Shown piece by piece: positions 58,404-64,000 of a stretch of DNA of 64,000 nucleotides; position 1 is the stretch's first letter, and the number at the start of each line of letters is the position of its first letter. Location of the stretch: the IMG/VR virus record IMGVR_UViG_3300013233_000246, positions 29,126-93,125 of that record; one strand, written 5' to 3'. The stretch comes from a virus. The position numbers and the translations under genes were made by a program. The notes below the pieces were generated by a model. It made no database searches. It was not told the origin of the DNA and worked only from the letters and a program-made list of their open reading frames with translations.

Positions 58404-58479
58404 GGGCCTCTAGCTAATCAGGTAATAGCACACCGCTCATAACGGTGAGGACGGGGTTCGAGTCCCTGGAGGCCCACCA
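58404..58479 (+). tRNA. tRNA(CAT), Ile2 or Met
   Basis: caccg-CTCATAA-cggtg, GGGCCTC acceptor, ACCA. Confidence 0.85.
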
Positions 58480-58530
58480 AATAATTCCCAAATTGGGTAC
58501 GATAACATAGAGATAATATAGAGGTGCAAT

Positions 58531-58839
58531 ATGATTTTGAATTTGGGTGTACAACTTGATGCAGAAGGTTTTTTGGTTAATCGTGATGATTGGTCAAAAG
58601 AAATAATGTCTGCCATTGCAGAAGACGTTGGTATTGATTTGACTGATGAAATTGTTGATTATGTTTTTAAGGCACGTGAAATGTTTGAAGCAGACCAAAC
58701 AGTCCCACCTATTCACACATTTAGTAAAGCAACGGACGGTGATCGTAAAGGTACCCACCTTAATAAAATTTTTAATGGTGCATCGATGAAGAAAATTGCA
58801 TGTCTTGGTGAATTACCAAAACCAACAGGATGCGTGTAA
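58531..58839 (+). CDS. TusE/DsrC-family sulfur relay protein
   Basis: LDAEGFL...DWS.E...IA; C-terminal LPKPTGCV. Confidence 0.88.
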   Translation: MILNLGVQLDAEGFLVNRDDWSKEIMSAIAEDVGIDLTDEIVDYVFKAREMFEADQTVPPIHTFSKATDGDRKGTHLNKIFNGASMKKIACLGELPKPTGCV

Positions 58840-58927
58840 CCTATTGGTAAGCTAAAAGTTTGACATGATATATATTATTGTGGTATAATTATCATGCTAA
58901 TAATAACAACAATAAGGAGAAAATCCA

Positions 58928-59629
58928 ATGTCAGAAGATCTATTCGCTGATGCTAAAGAAAAAATTAAAGCCAAAATTGAAGCAGCCAAATCGGACGGTA
59001 CAGACGAAATCGTATGTATTATTGACCGTTCTGGTTCTATGTGGAGCATTAAAGAAGATGCCGCCGGAAGTTTAAATTCGTTTGTCTCTGATCAGGCAGC
59101 AGTAGGTGACGCCAATTTAACAATTGTTGAATTTGATAACAACATTGAAACTGTTTGTGATCGAGTAAATATTAACGAAGCAAAAGAATATAAACTTGAA
59201 CCAGGGGGTTCTACGGCATTATTAGATGCTATCGGTTCCGTTGTTGCAAATAATCTCAAATATAATGCACTAGATGGTAAAACTGTCGTAGTTATTATTA
59301 CTGACGGTGGTGAAAATGCTAGTCAAGAATGGTCACGCGATGATGTATTTTCGTTGATAGAAGAACGAAAAGCCGATGGTTGGGAATTTTTATTCCTTGC
59401 TTCTAATCAAGATGCTATCACCACGGGCATGAAGTATGGTTTTGATATGGATCAAACTGTAAGCTTTGCTAATGATGCTAGAGGTATTCAAGCAGCAAAT
59501 GCTATGGCTTCTGCATATACAACGACAACCCGTGCTTATTCCAAGGGCGAAGCAATGGCTATTAAGAAACAATATGTAGATATGAATGTGTCAGACCTAT
59601 CAGATACTGGTGCCGTCGATAATAAATAA
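58928..59629 (+). CDS. vWA-domain protein
   Basis: MIDAS DRSGSM, G.TALLDAIG, ITDG.ENAS; TTGACA..TATAAT promoter upstream. Confidence 0.88.
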   Translation: MSEDLFADAKEKIKAKIEAAKSDGTDEIVCIIDRSGSMWSIKEDAAGSLNSFVSDQAAVGDANLTIVEFDNNIETVCDRVNINEAKEYKLEPGGSTALLDAIGSVVANNLKYNALDGKTVVVIITDGGENASQEWSRDDVFSLIEERKADGWEFLFLASNQDAITTGMKYGFDMDQTVSFANDARGIQAANAMASAYTTTTRAYSKGEAMAIKKQYVDMNVSDLSDTGAVDNK

Positions 59630-59639
59630 GTAGGAGTCT

Positions 59640-59663
59640 AAAAAGGGGCGAAAGCCCCTTTTT
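59640..59663. terminator. bidirectional intrinsic terminator
   Basis: aaaaggggc-gaaa-gcccctttt between convergent genes. Confidence 0.9.
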
Positions 59664-59686
59664 ATCCAAATATATATTGTGAAATT

Positions 59687-60094
59687 TCATTCACCCAAAA
59701 ATTCAACCTTTCTTCCATCGTCTATAACACAAAAATCGTATTTATCTGGCGGTTCAAAAATTTGGTTTGTATCATAAAATCTTCCTTCCTTAATCCGATC
59801 TACCCATATAACAAATGCCTCATCTGCACCAAACGCTACGCGGGTTTCTTTGGTGGGGCATACAAAATCTACAATACACATATTGCCAGATTCAACTACC
59901 TTATCCGATAACCACTTCATTGTCTTGGCTTGTTTTATTCTGTCCTCGTGCGAAAACGTTAGGTGTGAATTTATTGAATGACGAACTTCATTCGCATTCC
60001 AATAGACAGCAGTGTCGATTATTAATTTGAGTTCATTAGCTAACGTGGTCTTGCCGGAACCCGGTAAGCCCATTATCAAAATTTTTATTTTCAT
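59687..60094 (-). CDS. adenylylsulfate-kinase-like P-loop kinase
   Basis: GLPGSGKTT, L.FS.EDR..Q, DFVCP, FEPP. Confidence 0.75.
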   Translation of the reverse strand: MKIKILIMGLPGSGKTTLANELKLIIDTAVYWNANEVRHSINSHLTFSHEDRIKQAKTMKWLSDKVVESGNMCIVDFVCPTKETRVAFGADEAFVIWVDRIKEGRFYDTNQIFEPPDKYDFCVIDDGRKVEFLGE

Positions 60095-60106
60095 AGCAAA
60101 ATTAGG

Positions 60107-60445
60107 TTAAATTTTACCCATTAATCGTGCGTTTAATTTTTGTAGCATCTTACTAATGCCTTTCTTTTTAGTTATTTGTGATTTGCGTTGAATTACTCTT
60201 TTTTTAGAACGCATTACTCTTTTGCCAACACGTTTCTTTTTAGGATCCTTTCTTATACCACACGCACCTGGTTTTGAAACTAATCTTCCCTTCTTTGGAC
60301 CAGACATACAACGATATTTCATCACTCGCTTCTTGCCCGACATTTTCCATTGTCGCACAGCTGCTTCTTCTAGAATGTTATCTTCTTCATCTGCCCATGT
60401 AGATTCATAACATTCTGTTTCGTATAAAATATCTTTTACTTTCAT
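60107..60445 (-). CDS. basic protein with MKVKDILYE N-terminus
   Basis: Shared motif; KYRC.SG.KKGR.V. Confidence 0.6.
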   Translation of the reverse strand: MKVKDILYETECYESTWADEEDNILEEAAVRQWKMSGKKRVMKYRCMSGPKKGRLVSKPGACGIRKDPKKKRVGKRVMRSKKRVIQRKSQITKKKGISKMLQKLNARLMGKI

Positions 60446-61134
60446 TACATCATTCCCGTTCCAGGTCTTTCACCTGTATCGCCTTGAATGCCTTGTGCTT
60501 GTTCAGAATTTTTATCCTTTTGTTCAAGCTTCTTCTGCTGCATAGCTGCTTGTTTCTTAAGATTTAAAAGCCTTAATTTTTCAGATTTGTTTGTTGCATC
60601 AGGGTCTTTTTGTATTTCTCTTGAAACTTCTATATTTTTCCGCAAATTTTCTTTATCTGCACGTTCAGGATTTTTGTTGTGCATTTGTACAGAACGCATT
60701 TGATCTTGTGCGGACATTGTATCATCTACTTCAAATTCAAATAAATAATCTTTAAATGTGCATTCTTTAATAGGTTTTTTCATATCTTCCTCGTCATATG
60801 GTTCATCAAATGGATTATCTGAATTTTGTTTAAATGGATTTATGTGATTATTTTTTGTAATCTCAAACTCATCACTATCGTCTTCGTGTCTTGCGCTTCC
60901 TTCGTGTCTTGCATATTCAACACCAATTCTTAAAGTTTTTAATGCTTTAGTTCCCACCTTGTCCCTTACTGTATATGTTTTAATATTAGATTTGTCTTTG
61001 CTGTTGTTGACAACATTCATTATTCTTTCAACTTGTTCCTCGTGGAGACTAAAGACAACAGTAAGTATTTCCTTAAAGAACCCTATGCTTTGATCATCTT
61101 TTACTGCACCGTGATGTTTTTCCTTAGATGCCAT
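60445..61134 (-). CDS. hypothetical protein
   Basis: Coupled ORF. Confidence 0.6.
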   Translation of the reverse strand: MASKEKHHGAVKDDQSIGFFKEILTVVFSLHEEQVERIMNVVNNSKDKSNIKTYTVRDKVGTKALKTLRIGVEYARHEGSARHEDDSDEFEITKNNHINPFKQNSDNPFDEPYDEEDMKKPIKECTFKDYLFEFEVDDTMSAQDQMRSVQMHNKNPERADKENLRKNIEVSREIQKDPDATNKSEKLRLLNLKKQAAMQQKKLEQKDKNSEQAQGIQGDTGERPGTGMM

Positions 61135-61140
61135 GAGTTA

Positions 61141-62232
61141 TTATCCCTGATGGCGCAAATTTTTAAGTATGAGGTTTGTTAATTCTGTGAGAGTGATTTC
61201 CTTTTCATCATCATCGTCATCATCAACACTTTCCATAGAAAGCGATGCTTCTCGATCTTGGGCTTTGGAATGTTGATATCTGGCTAATTTTGCTTGTTCT
61301 TCAGCAGATTTTTTTAATTCTTTTTGTTCTTTATCTGCCGCTTCCATATCAAACACTTGTTCTTCACGCTTAACACGTGCACTTGCTGCCTGACCAGTAT
61401 ATTCTGCTTCTTTGGCACGTGCTTCTGCTGTTCTCGCTTCGGCATCTGCTAACCTTGCTTCGGCATCTGCCTTCATCACATCAATAACGTCCTGAAGTGC
61501 TGATTTGGCATCATCATTGGCTGTCATATCACCCTCAACACCAAGATCTAATTCACCACCTTCCACATCATCAAGTCCCAATTCATCACCCTTACCAGCA
61601 GTGTCACCACCTTCAAGATCTAAACCATCACCTTTAGGATTACCACCAGCAGCACCAGCATCTCCAACTACTACTTGTTCTTCTTCCTCATCACCATTAA
61701 TACCAGGCCATTCTACATCTACTAAATCGTACTTATCTTTCAATTTAAATAGTACTTCTGCTATTTCTGGAGCGGTGTTTTCTTGTTCGTTATTTTCGAG
61801 TTCACCAGCTAACATAGCGGCTAATGATTTTTCAAATTCTTCGGCTTGATCATTTTGTACGTATACTTTGACTAAGTTTCCTTGGTCATCTTCTAATCCA
61901 AATGCGGTAGTATCGTCGTTCTGAATTTCTCGTTTTTGTGCTGCATCAACTTTAGATAGTACATCAGAAGCATCAAAGTCTGTACTCCCATGATCAACAC
62001 CCAAAGATTCAATAACTGATTCTAAATTGGTTTGCTTTTTATGTGCCATATTAATAACACGACGTAACACATTTCGTGGTTTGCCATTTACTACCCCACC
62101 ACCCCACAATGTACCATCCTTCTTTTTATTTTGGATATCGGTTGTGGTTTCGTGTCCACCGCCTGTGGCAATTGCATGAGCACCAGTGGCACCATCTGCC
62201 ATTTCGCTTACTAAAGTTTTTAATAAAGACAT
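61141..62232 (-). CDS. acidic coiled-coil protein (possible prohead/internal protein)
   Basis: 363 aa; AGGA SD. Confidence 0.6.
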   Translation of the reverse strand: MSLLKTLVSEMADGATGAHAIATGGGHETTTDIQNKKKDGTLWGGGVVNGKPRNVLRRVINMAHKKQTNLESVIESLGVDHGSTDFDASDVLSKVDAAQKREIQNDDTTAFGLEDDQGNLVKVYVQNDQAEEFEKSLAAMLAGELENNEQENTAPEIAEVLFKLKDKYDLVDVEWPGINGDEEEEQVVVGDAGAAGGNPKGDGLDLEGGDTAGKGDELGLDDVEGGELDLGVEGDMTANDDAKSALQDVIDVMKADAEARLADAEARTAEARAKEAEYTGQAASARVKREEQVFDMEAADKEQKELKKSAEEQAKLARYQHSKAQDREASLSMESVDDDDDDEKEITLTELTNLILKNLRHQG

Positions 62233-62304
62233 ATTTTCTTCCTAAAATTGAACATTCTCTACTATTTATACTTTATAGATTATGTATTTGTTTTTTCAAG
62301 ATAA

Positions 62305-62331
62305 AAAAAATCCCCTATATTGGGGATTTTT
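62305..62331 (-). terminator. intrinsic terminator
   Basis: aaaaatcccc-tatatt-ggggattttt. Confidence 0.8.
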
Positions 62332-62349
62332 AAACGTTGTGGATGAAAA

Positions 62350-62634
62350 TTAACCTTCGTCTGGAACTTCAGTAGCATCTGTATCATCAGGCGCTTCCGT
62401 TGTGTTAACTTCCGCTTCTTCGGGTGCATTATCAGCGCGAATCTTAGCAATGATTTGCGTAGATAGTGTTTGTTTGGCAGCTTGGAATCGGGTCAATTCG
62501 TCACGAACTTCCGCTTCTTTTTTATTCCAATCGTTATAAATGTCTACTAAAGCACGGGCTTCTTCAGAAAGGTCTTCAACCTTGTAAGTAACCTCGTCGA
62601 TATTAATAGTTTCAATGTTGTTTACTGTTGGCAT
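62350..62634 (-). CDS. small acidic coiled-coil protein
   Basis: AGGAG SD; TINIDEVTY..EDLSEEAR. Confidence 0.6.
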   Translation of the reverse strand: MPTVNNIETINIDEVTYKVEDLSEEARALVDIYNDWNKKEAEVRDELTRFQAAKQTLSTQIIAKIRADNAPEEAEVNTTEAPDDTDATEVPDEG

Positions 62635-62681
62635 GTTAATCTCCTATTTTTATTGTTATATCATGCAGTTTATTATATTTA

Positions 62682-64000
62682 TCAAAGAGTAAAGCTGGTG
62701 AGCATATCAGTCAGCTTGTCGCCCGTTGGTTTATTATCATCCAATAAATCATTGGTTTTATCCTCTAATTTGTTGGACTTATCCACTTTAGACCTTAAAT
62801 CATTGAGTGGTTTTGCTATACTGTTGTCGTCTTCGTCAACAATTCGCAAATTTTTTGGAACCCATTTGAGATGAATTTGCTTACCAAGTCCATCACTGTT
62901 CCTTGTTTTTTGTAATATGAATATAACCTTATTCATAGCACGCTTCTGTTCTGTAAAGATAATTGACCAATATACATCAGAAACGTTTATTTTACTTATA
63001 CCACCAGCAATTTGGCTGTGGTTATGGTCGGTTGCACCAACCGCGCTTCTATTTAGCTGTGAAGCAGTAGCAATATACATGTTGTAATCAACACCTATCT
63101 GCCGCAATTGTTCAGAACTTCTTTTGTCTTTTTCAAATACGTTATCCGCAGATACCTTTTCATTTGGTGACATATTATCAAGGTAATCCAAAATCAACAT
63201 ATCTGGCATCATGCCATAGTGAAGATTGAATTCTTTCAAATATGCACGTATTTGATATGAAGTGGTACCAGATGGCATTTGTATAATATCCAATATACCA
63301 TTATTTTCACCTTCAGCAGTAATTCTTGTGGTAATTTCATCAGTATGGTCTTTCCAAACCTTACGACTAATGCCCGTGAATATAGTGTCAAATCTTTGTG
63401 CTACAACATCCTCAGACAGTTCCAATGATATGTATAATACATTCAAACCTCTATTTATAAAATTGAATCCAAGATTGGCAAGCACCAAAGATTTACCACC
63501 ACCAGAGTTGGCAGATACTAACAATAATTCTTTTCTGGATATTCCACCAAAAAGAGCATCGTCTATATCCCGCCAACCTGTTGGTGCTGTTGGGTTTTCG
63601 TTGAGCATTCTTTGTATACGTGCTTCCACGTCTTCAAAATATCTCAATCCTAGTTCATTTGTCAATGATACCATTACGGCATCTTTCACTATCTGTTCTG
63701 CTTCTGCATATTTACCTTCTTTAATGAGTGCTGGTAAAGAATTTGATGCTTTCCTCATAGCAGAATGTTTACAGAACTTTTCTATTTCAATAGAGCAATA
63801 TTTTATTTCATCTGGCATAATTTTGTATGTGTCAAATACTTGCCCAGCTTCAGCTTCTATTTGTTTTGGGTTTGGTGTAGCACTATATTCATCGTAATAT
63901 TGTTTTATAAATGACACAGATTGTCTAAATTCTGGGTCAAAATAATCTGCCTCTACTATATTTTGGCAGAGGGCGAAAGTATCAGTAGAAGATATTAAAT
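62682..64000 (-). CDS. replicative DNA helicase (gp41/DnaB-like), 5'-partial
   Basis: PTGW..ID..L.GG, ANSGGGKS, ISLELSE, LDYLD, TASQLNR, KTR; frame open to the window end. Confidence 0.92.
   Translation of the reverse strand, partial: LISSTDTFALCQNIVEADYFDPEFRQSVSFIKQYYDEYSATPNPKQIEAEAGQVFDTYKIMPDEIKYCSIEIEKFCKHSAMRKASNSLPALIKEGKYAEAEQIVKDAVMVSLTNELGLRYFEDVEARIQRMLNENPTAPTGWRDIDDALFGGISRKELLLVSANSGGGKSLVLANLGFNFINRGLNVLYISLELSEDVVAQRFDTIFTGISRKVWKDHTDEITTRITAEGENNGILDIIQMPSGTTSYQIRAYLKEFNLHYGMMPDMLILDYLDNMSPNEKVSADNVFEKDKRSSEQLRQIGVDYNMYIATASQLNRSAVGATDHNHSQIAGGISKINVSDVYWSIIFTEQKRAMNKVIFILQKTRNSDGLGKQIHLKWVPKNLRIVDEDDNSIAKPLNDLRSKVDKSNKLEDKTNDLLDDNKPTGDKLTDMLTSFTL

Noticed and set aside
58928-59629. 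Ro60/TROVE partner of the Y-like RNAs
   Set aside because: Stand-alone 233-aa vWA domain with no TROVE helical ring.

Overview
AT-rich segment of a large T4-related (probably jumbo) tailed phage genome; the host is probably a proteobacterium (inferred from TusE/DsrC-like and guaC-like genes). 1-18.7 kb: late virion module of tail-fibre/baseplate-like proteins plus an M15-type peptidase. 18.9-28.7 kb: gp32 SSB, UvsX, and an RNA/nucleotide repair cluster (RlaP-like nucleotidyltransferase split by a homing endonuclease, metallophosphoesterase, HAD nucleotidase, 2H phosphoesterase, Rnl1). 31.5-35 kb: late genes sharing an N-terminal MKVKDILxE motif resembling a capsid-targeting signal. 35-58.5 kb: about 30 tRNA and tRNA-like genes mixed with homing endonucleases, structured ncRNAs and accessory genes (gp23 paralogue, kinase, metacaspase, SemiSWEET, DsrC/TusE, vWA). 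59.7-64 kb: minus-strand genes ending in a gp41/DnaB helicase cut by the window edge. Best leads: (1) a leader peptide with a terminator/antiterminator switch at the head of the tRNA array, which could sense translation stress; (2) a circularly permuted tRNA inside a Y-RNA-like stem, plus a paralogue; (3) several tRNAs with rearranged or missing arms. All calls are from manual motif reading and hand-folding; no searches were run.
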